From contig DAHVFB010000006.1 of assembly GCA_027317185.1 (NCBI GenBank), positions 593 through 64,592 on the forward strand: a DNA stretch of 64,000 nucleotides, read 5' to 3'. This document shows positions 44,959-54,091 of the stretch, piece by piece; the first letter of the stretch is position 1, and the number at the start of each line of letters is the position of its first letter. The position numbers and the translations under genes were made by a program. The notes under the pieces were generated by a model, which worked only from the letters and a program-made list of their open reading frames with translations, was not told where the DNA came from and made no database searches. This DNA is from Deltaproteobacteria bacterium. GTDB taxonomy: Bacteria; Desulfobacterota; Binatia; Binatales; Binataceae.

Positions 44959-45380
44959 CGACGTTCTTCGATACCTCGGTATTGATCCCGGCATTTATCG
45001 AGGATCATGAGCATCACGAGCGAAGTTTGCGCGCCTTTGTCGAGGCCGGTAAAAAGAGTGGTTGCTGCGCCGCGCACAGTCTAGCCGAAGTATATTCGAC
45101 GATGACGCGCCTGCCCGGACGGAATCGGCTAAGCGGCGAGCAGGTGATGCTCCTTCTCGAAAATATTCGTGAGCGCCTGACGCTGGTCGCGCTCTCGGGC
45201 GACGAGTACCACAAGGCGATCAACGAGGCGGCACAGGCGGGAGTGGTCGGCGGTACGATCTATGACGCCTTGATTGCCCGTTGCGCGCTGAAGGCGAAAG
45301 CCGATGTTATCTATACTTGGAACTTCAGGCACTTCGAGCAGTTCGGCCCCGAGGTCGTCAAGCGCCTGAAGAGGCTGTGA
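44955..45380 (+). CDS. vapC: PIN-domain ribonuclease toxin VapC
   Basis: FFDTSVLI (first acidic residue) and the later conserved D/E positions. 141 aa. TTG start overlapping the vapB stop (TTGA). Confidence 0.85.
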   Translation: MTTFFDTSVLIPAFIEDHEHHERSLRAFVEAGKKSGCCAAHSLAEVYSTMTRLPGRNRLSGEQVMLLLENIRERLTLVALSGDEYHKAINEAAQAGVVGGTIYDALIARCALKAKADVIYTWNFRHFEQFGPEVVKRLKRL

Positions 45381-45506
45381 AGCGATAAGCCGGTGAGCGC
45401 CTGTCCGGACGTGGTTTTCGGCAGTTCATGAAATAATCCCGTTCGCGCCTTAACGACACTTCTCCGGATGCGCCGGTCGTGATATTCCGAGACCAGCGAG
45501 GCAGCC

Positions 45507-46778
45507 ATGAAAATATCGATGTTCCATCTGATGCCGTATCGGGACCTGCCCGATGACTTCGAACGCCGGCACCATTCGGTATGGGTCGATCCACCCTATT
45601 GGGAACTCGCCGATTCGGAAAAGATCGGCCAGTACTACAATTGGACCCTCGATGAACTTATTCATGCGGCAAAGTGCGGCATGGACGGTATCTGCGTCAA
45701 CGAACATCACCAGAATGCTTACGGGATGATGCCCAGCCCGGACCTAATGGGATCGGTATTGGCGCGCGCCACCAACGGAATGAATACAGCGGTGGTGCAG
45801 ATGGGCGCCACGCTGCCGACCACCATCCCGCCCATCCGAGTGGCTGAAGAATACGGGATGATCGACTGCATCAGCGGCGGGCGCCTGGTGGCCGGGATGC
45901 CGCTGGGCACGCCGATGGACGTGAATCTCTGCTACGGCATCTCACCCGCGGAGCATCGCGAGCGCTATTACGAGGCGCACGATCTGATCCTTAAGGCCTG
46001 GAGCGCCAAAGAGGTCTTCGCCTGGAATGGGAAGTATTTCAAGCTGCCGATGGTGAATCCGTGGCCGCGGCCAATTCAGCAGCCGCGTCCGCCGATCTGG
46101 ATTCCCGGTAGCGGCAGCCTTAGCACTTGGGACTTCGCCACCAAGCACGATCACTGTTATTGCCATCTCTCCTTTTACGGCCATCGGTCAGGCAAACAAG
46201 TGCTTGACGGTTACTGGGAGTTTGTTGCGAAAAGAGGACTGGATCCAAATCCCTACCGGGTGGGCTTTCTACAACTGATCGCGGTTTCGGAAAGCGATGC
46301 GCAGGCCGAGCGCGATTACTACAAACACATCCGCTATTTCTACGACAAATGCCTGCACGTACCCAACGAGTACATCTCATCGTCGGGCAATCAGGATTAT
46401 CCGAGCCTGGTCAACTCAGCCAAAAACATCAATCCCGAAATCGGACGCATGATCGGGGAGATGAAGAACTGGAAATTTGGCGACTTCGTCGATCGCGGTT
46501 TCGTAATTGCCGGATCGCCCGCCACCGTTCGCGACCGCTTGATGGAAGCCGTCAAAAGCCTACGCGTCGGCAATCTGATGGTGTTGCTGCATATAGGTTC
46601 AATGCCGCACGATCTTACGATCAGAAATATTGAGTTGTTCTCGCGCGAGGTGATGCCCCACTTCCGTACGGTATGGGACGGCGAGTGGGAGAATCGCTGG
46701 TGGCCGAAGAAGCTGATGGATCAAAGCCCGGCCACTCGAATCGCTGATGCTAACGGCGAGGCTCGCGCCTCCAAGTAA
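45507..46778 (+). CDS. LLM-class flavin-dependent oxidoreductase
   Basis: MKISMFHLMPYRDLPDDF...GMDGICVNEHHQNAYGMMPSP is a long-type luciferase-like monooxygenase. Confidence 0.85.
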   Translation: MKISMFHLMPYRDLPDDFERRHHSVWVDPPYWELADSEKIGQYYNWTLDELIHAAKCGMDGICVNEHHQNAYGMMPSPDLMGSVLARATNGMNTAVVQMGATLPTTIPPIRVAEEYGMIDCISGGRLVAGMPLGTPMDVNLCYGISPAEHRERYYEAHDLILKAWSAKEVFAWNGKYFKLPMVNPWPRPIQQPRPPIWIPGSGSLSTWDFATKHDHCYCHLSFYGHRSGKQVLDGYWEFVAKRGLDPNPYRVGFLQLIAVSESDAQAERDYYKHIRYFYDKCLHVPNEYISSSGNQDYPSLVNSAKNINPEIGRMIGEMKNWKFGDFVDRGFVIAGSPATVRDRLMEAVKSLRVGNLMVLLHIGSMPHDLTIRNIELFSREVMPHFRTVWDGEWENRWWPKKLMDQSPATRIADANGEARASK

Positions 46779-46796
46779 TTATCGGGACGGAATTTC

Positions 46797-47576
46797 ATGC
46801 CTCAGGAAAGAACACTCGATCTATGGCACGGCCAGATTAAGCCAACCGTCAGGATTGCGGGCAGCGGCGCGCCGCTGGTTTTCCTGCATAGCTGGTTCGG
46901 ACCGGTGTGGGAGCCGTTTCTAGATCTGCTCGCCCGCGATTTCACCGTCTACGCGCCCTCTTTGCCCGGTACCGGACCCGGCGATGTCGACGGTATCAAG
47001 GCGCTCGACGATCTCTGGGATCTGGTCCTTTATCACTACGAATTATTTGATGCGCTCGGACTGAAATCGCCCGCGGTGGTTGGGCATTCTTTCGGCGGCA
47101 TGATCGCGGCGGAGGTTGCGGCGACCGATCCGACACGCGTCGGCAAGCTCGGCTTGTTAAGCCCGTTCGGACTGTGGCGCGATGATACGCCGATACCGCT
47201 GGTTTCCGCGATGCCGCCTCAGGAAATCGTCCGGCGTGTCTTTAACTCGGTGGACCATCCGGCAACCCGCTTGATGTTCCCAAATCGTAGCGACGTTGAT
47301 GCCGTCATTCGCGTCACCTGGGCGCAGAACTGCTCGAACAAGTTTATCTGGCCGATCCCGGATAAAGGCCTCAAGAAACGGATTCACCGCATCACGGCGC
47401 CCACGCTGGTGGTATGGGGTAAAAGCGACAATCTGATTCCGCCGGTGTACGCCGAAGAATTCAAAAGCCGTATCGGCAACGCACGCATCGAACTGGTCAA
47501 TCAGGCCTCGCATATGGCGCCGTTCGAGCGCCCCCAGGCAGTGGCGGACATCCTGGTAAAGTTTCTCAAGGGCTGA
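46797..47576 (+). CDS. alpha/beta-fold hydrolase
   Basis: Nucleophile elbow VGHSFGGMIA and HG oxyanion region (LVFLHSW). The C-terminal His region is ASHMAPFE. Confidence 0.85.
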   Translation: MPQERTLDLWHGQIKPTVRIAGSGAPLVFLHSWFGPVWEPFLDLLARDFTVYAPSLPGTGPGDVDGIKALDDLWDLVLYHYELFDALGLKSPAVVGHSFGGMIAAEVAATDPTRVGKLGLLSPFGLWRDDTPIPLVSAMPPQEIVRRVFNSVDHPATRLMFPNRSDVDAVIRVTWAQNCSNKFIWPIPDKGLKKRIHRITAPTLVVWGKSDNLIPPVYAEEFKSRIGNARIELVNQASHMAPFERPQAVADILVKFLKG

Positions 47577-47610
47577 AGCCAGCCGCGCGGCACCTTGCTC
47601 GGCGACTATT

Positions 47611-50600
47611 TCATACCGGTGCCGGATGCTGTCCCGGATTTTGCTCGGGATTTTCTTTTTGATTCTGTTCAGAATGTCCGTCGTCTTTCCTTCGCGAATA
47701 GAAAAATTCATATACCGAGGGAACTACGAACAGTGTCATGAAGGTCGAGGCGGTAAGCCCACCGATTACCGCGCGCGCTAACGGCGCCGAGGCTTTCGAT
47801 CCACTCTCAAGCGCCAGTGCTACCGGCAACAAGCCCACCACTGTAGCAAGGGCGGTCATCAGGATTGGCCTCATCCTGATTCGCGCGGCCTCGACCACCG
47901 CTTTGCGCAAAGGCTCGCCGCTGTGCCGCCGCTGATTGGCGAAATCGATAAGCAAAATCGCATTCGAGATGACTATCCCGATCATCACGATAATGCCCAT
48001 CATCGATTCGATGTTCAGCGTGGTACCCGTCAACCAAAGAATCCAAACTACACCAATCAGTCCAAGCGGCACCGAGAACAGAAAGATCAAAGGATCGAGC
48101 CACGAACGCGATTGGGCAACGCCCACAAGGTAAACCACGACCAGCGCCAATAGGAAGCCGAATTTGAAGCTGCCGAAGGCCTTTTCCATCTTTTCGACTT
48201 CGCCACGATAATAAATGTGGATGTTCTTGGGCTGTTTGATCTTGTTCAATTTGGTCTTGATAGCTTCCAGCGTGCCCCCCAAATCCTCACCTTTGGGTTG
48301 AACCAAAATATCGACCACCCGTTGAATGTTGTAATGGTCCACCTCTGACGGAAGCTCCTGGTAGTCGATATGCGAGACATCGCGCAACAGCACCGATTGC
48401 CGATGCCCCGACCCGTCGATATCCATGGATGATTCGCTTGCTCGCGACAAATAGCTCGGAGCGGCATCGCGCATTCCGACCGGAATGTTCTCGAGTGTGT
48501 CGATCGACTTGATTTTCCTTTCGAGATACTGCGCGCTTAAATAGTAATCATCGCCAGTGACCGGATCGATCCAGATTGATGGCGATATCATCTCGTTGTT
48601 CACGATCGCGGTAATCAGGTTTTTCACAATCTCTTTCTCTGTAATCCCGAGACGCGCGGCTCGCTCACGGTCGACCGATATGTTCAGCGTCGGATACTTC
48701 GAAATCTGCTTGATCATGGTCTGACGCACCTGCGGCAGGTGATTGAGGTCATTTTCGACCTGCCGCGCAAAGGAAAACATCTGCGGGAAAGGTTCGCTCA
48801 GCGGCGAACTTATCTGTACATCGATCGGCGCAATCTGACCGAAATTAAGCATCGCATCGATAATGCTTCCCGAACTGAAAAATGCCCGAACTCCCGGCAT
48901 GTCAGTATTGAAAGCGGTGGCGATGCGGTCTTCATAGTATCTGGTGGGGTGATCGCGACTGGCGCCCAGCTCCACCATCATCTCGGCGGTATCCTCGCCG
49001 GAATTCTGGGTATAAATCGCTGGTATCTGCGGGATCACGCCGATGTTCGAAACGATAGTTTTCATCGCGCGCTTCGGCACCACCTGATGGACGATGTCGT
49101 TAAGCTTCTGAACCATTTTGGTGGTCAGCTCGATACGCGTGCCCTCGGGAGTCTGGACATGAATAATGAATTTGCCGCCTTCGGTGCGGGGGAACATGCG
49201 TGTACCGATGACGTCGAACAACAGCATCGAGAGTATAAAAAGCAGGCTGACTCCCCCCAGCACGAGGAGCTTGTGATCGAGCGTAACGGTGAGAGCCTGC
49301 GCAAAACGATCGGAAACCCGCTTGTACCAGCGGTTAAAGCCAGACAATAACTTTCCGAGCCATCCCTTTTGGCGACCCTCCTCCACTTCGCGCACCCGTT
49401 CCACCGAAAGAAAACGCGCGCAGTAAATAGGGATCACCGACATCGAGACCACGTATGACGCCGCCATCGCGAAGGTCACCGCCAGCGCGAGCGCGGTGAA
49501 CATGTACTTAGTCACTCCATAAAGGAAGACCACCGGCAGAAACACCACGATCGTACTGATGGTCGAAGCGAGTACCGCATAAGTCACCTCTTCGGCCCCT
49601 TCGCGCGCCGCATCCTTGGGCGCCTGACCCTCCGCCAGATGACGATTGATGTTTTCGAGCACCACCGTCGAATCGTCCACCAGCCGTCCAATCGCGAGCG
49701 TGAATCCGCCGAGGGTCATAATATTGATGGTTTCGCCAGAAACCCGCAGACCAATAATCCCGGCCATTATCGAAAGCGGAATCGATAGAAAGATAGCGAA
49801 GGTGGATCTCAAATCGCCTAGAAAAATCAGAATCATCAACGAGGCCAGAATCGCGCCCGAACCGGCTTCATGCTCAAGCGCGGCGATCGCGTTGCGCACA
49901 GTATCTTCCTGGCTGAAGATGGTGCTCACCTTGAGGCCGTGAGGCAGACCGGTAATGCCCGGAATCGCCTTTTTAACCCCATCGATGACGCTCAGCGTGT
50001 TCGCCCCGGTCTGTTTGAAAATGGGCACGTAAACCGATGGCTTATTGTCGATCAGCACCTCGTTGTATTGGATTTGCGATGCCTTTTCGGCATGCCCGAC
50101 ATCGTGCAAAAACACTGGCGCCTGACCTTTCCCGATTCGGATTGGAACATTGTCGAGGTTTTCGGGCTTGGGAATCATCGAATTGGTATAGACGTAGTAA
50201 TCGTAAGGTCCGATCTTGGCATCGCCGCCGGGCAAAATCTGATTGGTGCTATCGATCGATTTCACTACGTCGAGCAACGTGAGCCCCCGAGCCTGCAGCG
50301 CATCGCGGTCAACGTAGGCCATGATCTGCCGGATTTTGCCGCCGAAGGGATACGGCACTGACGCACCCTTAACCGTCGCCATAAAGTTACGAACGTTGTA
50401 ACGTGCCTGATTTTGCAACTCGGTCTGCCCGTATTTTCCGGAGACCGTGACCAGAATCAGAGGGACCGACGACGAAGCGTTATACTTTAGAACTAATGGC
50501 GGCAAAGTACCGGGCGGCATCAGTCCCAGATCGCCCATCGCGAGTGTCGCCAGATCGGCTGCGGAGGCGTCTAAATTCGCATTCTCATGAAAATATACGG

Positions 50601-50868
50601 TGACGAGACTCACCCCTGGAAGTGAACGGGATTCGATATGCTCAATGCCGCTGCCGAGCGTAAAAAATCGCTCGTATCGGCTGGTGATGTCCTGCTCCAT
50701 GCCGGTCGGCGGAAATCCCGGATAGAACGTGGCTACGACCGCGGCCTTGATGTACAGGCGCGGGAACACATCGACCGGCATCTGCGTGAAAGCGACGCCG
50801 CCCATTATCGCGACCAGCAGCGCAGCAACAATTACAGTGTGAGGGTTGCGCAGGGAAAAACTTGGCAT
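47611..50868 (-). CDS. RND-family efflux transporter permease (AcrB/HAE-like)
   Basis: 1085 aa with 12-TM RND architecture and two large periplasmic loops. N-terminus: RNPHTVIVAALLVAIMGGVAFTQMPVDVFP. Confidence 0.93.
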   Translation of the reverse strand: MPSFSLRNPHTVIVAALLVAIMGGVAFTQMPVDVFPRLYIKAAVVATFYPGFPPTGMEQDITSRYERFFTLGSGIEHIESRSLPGVSLVTVYFHENANLDASAADLATLAMGDLGLMPPGTLPPLVLKYNASSSVPLILVTVSGKYGQTELQNQARYNVRNFMATVKGASVPYPFGGKIRQIMAYVDRDALQARGLTLLDVVKSIDSTNQILPGGDAKIGPYDYYVYTNSMIPKPENLDNVPIRIGKGQAPVFLHDVGHAEKASQIQYNEVLIDNKPSVYVPIFKQTGANTLSVIDGVKKAIPGITGLPHGLKVSTIFSQEDTVRNAIAALEHEAGSGAILASLMILIFLGDLRSTFAIFLSIPLSIMAGIIGLRVSGETINIMTLGGFTLAIGRLVDDSTVVLENINRHLAEGQAPKDAAREGAEEVTYAVLASTISTIVVFLPVVFLYGVTKYMFTALALAVTFAMAASYVVSMSVIPIYCARFLSVERVREVEEGRQKGWLGKLLSGFNRWYKRVSDRFAQALTVTLDHKLLVLGGVSLLFILSMLLFDVIGTRMFPRTEGGKFIIHVQTPEGTRIELTTKMVQKLNDIVHQVVPKRAMKTIVSNIGVIPQIPAIYTQNSGEDTAEMMVELGASRDHPTRYYEDRIATAFNTDMPGVRAFFSSGSIIDAMLNFGQIAPIDVQISSPLSEPFPQMFSFARQVENDLNHLPQVRQTMIKQISKYPTLNISVDRERAARLGITEKEIVKNLITAIVNNEMISPSIWIDPVTGDDYYLSAQYLERKIKSIDTLENIPVGMRDAAPSYLSRASESSMDIDGSGHRQSVLLRDVSHIDYQELPSEVDHYNIQRVVDILVQPKGEDLGGTLEAIKTKLNKIKQPKNIHIYYRGEVEKMEKAFGSFKFGFLLALVVVYLVGVAQSRSWLDPLIFLFSVPLGLIGVVWILWLTGTTLNIESMMGIIVMIGIVISNAILLIDFANQRRHSGEPLRKAVVEAARIRMRPILMTALATVVGLLPVALALESGSKASAPLARAVIGGLTASTFMTLFVVPSVYEFFYSRRKDDGHSEQNQKENPEQNPGQHPAPV

Positions 50869-50930
50869 AGGCAGTACTGGCCGCGGGTTTTGTTGCTCCT
50901 ATCTGCTGCGGTTCATAAGAGACATAAGGA

Positions 50931-50963
50931 GTTCTATCTCGGTTCTATCTCGGTTCCATCTCG
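50931..50963. repeat. three tandem copies of an 11-mer (GTTCTATCTCG x2, GTTCCATCTCG) in the divergent intergenic region
   Basis: Read directly: 50931..50941, 50942..50952 and 50953..50963. The array lies 63-95 nt upstream of the RND start codon. Confidence 0.9.
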
Positions 50964-51268
50964 GATCATCCGCTGATGTGGCGTCATTTTTCGATCCAAT
51001 AAAAGGCCCGCAATATACGTTCCAACTTCCGCTCTTCCCGAAGGTTCCCCCAAAGCGGTATTGGTTATGCCGAAGCTGCTTCAATCGTGAGTGGCCTTGG
51101 GAAGACTGCGATAAAGTGCTTACGGATCGGATGTGCTATGCCGATAGAACGAGCACTGATTCAGAGCGGCGGCCGCATGGACTGCGTTGACACGCCTCAA
51201 TGAAAAAAGGCCACTCGGGGGGCGCGGCGCACCGGGCGACCTCCATAGCTAATCGGAGGACATTTTTT

Positions 51269-52837
51269 TTGAGCACAGCCAGCAGCGAGACGAAAAACGG
51301 CGTCCGCCCGTTTACCGGCGAACAATATCTGGAAAGCCTGCGCGACGGCCGCGAGGTCTGGATTTACGGTGAGCGGGTTAAGGACGTGACCACCCATCCA
51401 GCGTTTCGCAACGCGGCCCGAATGATCGCGCGCCTGTACGATGCGCTGCACGACCCGCAACAGCAGTCGGCTTTGACCATCGCGACCGATACCGGCAACG
51501 GCGGCTTCACGCACCGTTTTTTCCGAGTGGACCGCAACCCAGAGGAACTGCTCAAGACCCGCGATGCGATCGCGGAGTGGGCGCGCATCACCTATGGATG
51601 GATGGGCCGGTCGCCGGATTACAAGGCGAGTTTTCTCGGCACCCTCGGCGCGAACTCAGCCTATTACAAACCATTTGAGAGTAACGCGATTGAATGGTAC
51701 CGCCGCGCCCAGGAGCAATGCCTGTTCATGAACCATGCGATCGTCAATCCGCCGATCGATCGTTCCCGCCCGCCGGACGAAGTGGCCGACGTTTACGTCC
51801 GGGTTGAAAGGGAAACCGACGCCGGCCTGATCGCGAGCGGCGCCAAGGTGGTCGCCACCGGATCGGCGCTGACGAACTACAATTTCATCGGTTACAACGG
51901 CGTGACCCCGCTCGGCCGGCCCGATATGGCGCTGTTCGCGATGATCCCGATGGACAGCCCGGGGGTGAAGCTTATCTGCCGCACATCATATGAGATGACC
52001 GCGGAGACCATGGGCAGCCCGTTCGATTACCCGCTTTCGAGCCGCTTCGATGAAAACGACGCCATATTCATTCTGGATAAGGTGCTGATCCCGTGGGAGA
52101 ACGTATTCGTCTATCGCGACCTTGAACGCGCAAACCATTTCTTTCCGAAATCGGGCTTTGTTGCGCGCTTCGCGATACAGGGATGCACGCGTCTGGCGGT
52201 CAAACTCGACTTCATAATGGGCGTGCTGCTGAAGGCGGCCGAGGCCACCGGTCAGGATACGGTCAAATCGTCGCAGGTCTCGCTCGGCGAGATCATGGCC
52301 TGGCGATCGATGTTCTGGGCGCTGAGCGACGCCATGGCGCGGGCGTGCGAACCCTGGGTCGGCGACACGGTCTTGCCTAACACAATGTACGCAAGCTGCT
52401 ACCGGGTATTGGGCGCGGTCGCATATCCGCGTATCCGCCAATTGATCGAGCAGACCTATTCGAGCGCACTCATCTACTTGAACTCGCACGCGGCCGATTT
52501 CAAAAATCCCGAGCTGCGGCCATTGCTGGATCGTTATATCCGCGGATCGGCAGGTTACGATTCGGTGGAGCGGGTGAAGATACTGAAACTGCTGTGGGAT
52601 TCGATTGGCACCGAATTCGGCTCGCGGCATGAGCTGTATGAAATGAACTACGCCGGCAATCACGATACCACGCGGTTCGAGAATCTGATGCTGTCGATCG
52701 AACTTGGCAAGGCCGCCGAAGTGAAGGGACTGGTGGAGCGCTGCCTCGCCGAATATGACCTTGATGGCTGGCGCGCGAAAGACCTGATCAACGCCACCGA
52801 CATTAATCGCATCATGACCGAGGCGAAGCGCAAGTAG
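51269..52837 (+). CDS. HpaB-family (4-hydroxyphenylacetate/phenol) flavin-dependent aromatic hydroxylase, oxygenase component
   Basis: [44 protein letters not shown] is the HpaB N-terminal signature, with a full-length body. I prefer the TTG at 51269 (GGAGGA 9 nt upstream) over the ATG at 51200. Confidence 0.88.
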   Translation: MSTASSETKNGVRPFTGEQYLESLRDGREVWIYGERVKDVTTHPAFRNAARMIARLYDALHDPQQQSALTIATDTGNGGFTHRFFRVDRNPEELLKTRDAIAEWARITYGWMGRSPDYKASFLGTLGANSAYYKPFESNAIEWYRRAQEQCLFMNHAIVNPPIDRSRPPDEVADVYVRVERETDAGLIASGAKVVATGSALTNYNFIGYNGVTPLGRPDMALFAMIPMDSPGVKLICRTSYEMTAETMGSPFDYPLSSRFDENDAIFILDKVLIPWENVFVYRDLERANHFFPKSGFVARFAIQGCTRLAVKLDFIMGVLLKAAEATGQDTVKSSQVSLGEIMAWRSMFWALSDAMARACEPWVGDTVLPNTMYASCYRVLGAVAYPRIRQLIEQTYSSALIYLNSHAADFKNPELRPLLDRYIRGSAGYDSVERVKILKLLWDSIGTEFGSRHELYEMNYAGNHDTTRFENLMLSIELGKAAEVKGLVERCLAEYDLDGWRAKDLINATDINRIMTEAKRK

Positions 52838-52883
52838 CGGCTACGATAACATTGATACGGAGTCAAACAACGGAGCGACGCAC

Positions 52884-53786
52884 ATGATTACCGCCGTCAA
52901 GCAGCTTGGATATATCGGGCTCGGGGCCAGCAATTTGGAGGCATGGGAGCGCTATGCGGCCGAGATCCTGGGTCTTCAATTATGCGAACGCGGCTCCGAT
53001 GGAACCCTGTACTTCCGCATGGATGAGTTTCACCATCGAATTTCGGTCCATCCCGATCCCGCCGACGACTTGAAACTGCTCGGCTGGGAGGTGGCGGATC
53101 AAAGCGCGCTCGACCAGCTCGCTGCGCAGATCAAGGATTGGGGTACTGAGGTCCAGCATGGCACGCCCGCGGAGGCTGCGGAGCGCGCTGTCTATCGCCT
53201 GATCAAGTTCACGGACCCCAGCGGCATCGCATCCGAAGCGTACTATGGAGCCTTGAAGTACAACACCCCATTCAGATCGCCGCGGCCGATTTCAGGCTTC
53301 CTGACCGGAGAAGACTTCGGCATGGGTCACGTCGTGATCGCCGTCGACGACTTCGATCGAAGCGCCAGCTTTTACCAGGAAGCGCTCGGAATGAGGGTTA
53401 CCGATATCGCCACGCCCTCCGGCCAGCGCGCCGAGCGAATCGGGATCAGTTCGCACATGATCTTTTTGCATTGCAACCTGCGCCACCATTCAATTGCCTT
53501 CGGCTCGGGTAGCTATTCCAAGCGGCTTAATCACTTCCTGCTGCAGGTGCGTGACATCGACGATGTTGGCGCGACTTTCGATCTGTGCCTCGATCGCGAG
53601 GTGCCGCTGGTCTCATCGATCGGCAAGCATGCCAACGACCTGATGATCTCGTTCTACATGAAAACCCCATCGGGCTTCGGCTGCGAGTTTGGCTATGGCG
53701 GGCGCGAAGTGGACGATCGGACCTGGAAGGTGGTGATGAACCGGGTCACCAGCCTTTGGGGCCATCGAACGATCAACGCTCTGTAA
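52884..53786 (+). CDS. type I extradiol ring-cleavage dioxygenase (BphC/catechol 2,3-dioxygenase-like, two VOC modules)
   Basis: LGYIGLGASNLEAWERYAAEILGLQ; second module GMGHVVIAVDDFDRSASFYQEALGM. Size 300 aa. Confidence 0.85.
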   Translation: MITAVKQLGYIGLGASNLEAWERYAAEILGLQLCERGSDGTLYFRMDEFHHRISVHPDPADDLKLLGWEVADQSALDQLAAQIKDWGTEVQHGTPAEAAERAVYRLIKFTDPSGIASEAYYGALKYNTPFRSPRPISGFLTGEDFGMGHVVIAVDDFDRSASFYQEALGMRVTDIATPSGQRAERIGISSHMIFLHCNLRHHSIAFGSGSYSKRLNHFLLQVRDIDDVGATFDLCLDREVPLVSSIGKHANDLMISFYMKTPSGFGCEFGYGGREVDDRTWKVVMNRVTSLWGHRTINAL

Positions 53787-53851
53787 GTGCAGCGGCGCCA
53801 GATCCGATCAATCGCGCCGCGCTTGTAGGTGCGGGTTACCTGAGCGCGTAC

Positions 53852-54091
53852 CTACGCCATGGGCGGCAGCACGATCGGGTAACGCTTAACCTCTTCCGGA
53901 TTCACGTTGAAGAACGGATCGCGTTTCGCCGGCGAAATCGATTCGGGCGGCTCGCTGTCGCGCCATGAGAACGAACACTGCTGGCAATGCAGCACGCTCC
54001 AGATCACCTGGCCCGCTTCCTTGCCCTGATATTGAGTTTCGGTCCGCTCGCCGCGGCATCGCGGACACGAGTTTGAAGTTGACGTGCTCAT
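53852..54091 (-). CDS. small subunit of a non-oxidative hydroxyarylic acid decarboxylase (VdcD/BsdD-like)
   Basis: CPRC...W.V.HCQQCSFSWRDSEPPESI...P.F pattern in 79 aa. ATGA overlap with the upstream UbiD-family gene. Confidence 0.72.
   Translation of the reverse strand: MSTSTSNSCPRCRGERTETQYQGKEAGQVIWSVLHCQQCSFSWRDSEPPESISPAKRDPFFNVNPEEVKRYPIVLPPMA

Noticed and set aside
47611-50868. Whether the RND permease is the hopanoid transporter HpnN
   Set aside because: It lies 18 kb from the hpn genes. It has AcrB-like size (1085 aa) and N-terminus rather than the shorter HpnN type as I remember it. No linkage evidence.
51200-51268. ATG at 51200 as the start of the HpaB-family gene
   Set aside because: It has no RBS and would add a 23-aa basic extension. 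The TTG at 51269 has GGAGGA 9 nt upstream and gives a typical family N-terminus. I kept this as an uncertainty rather than a certainty.
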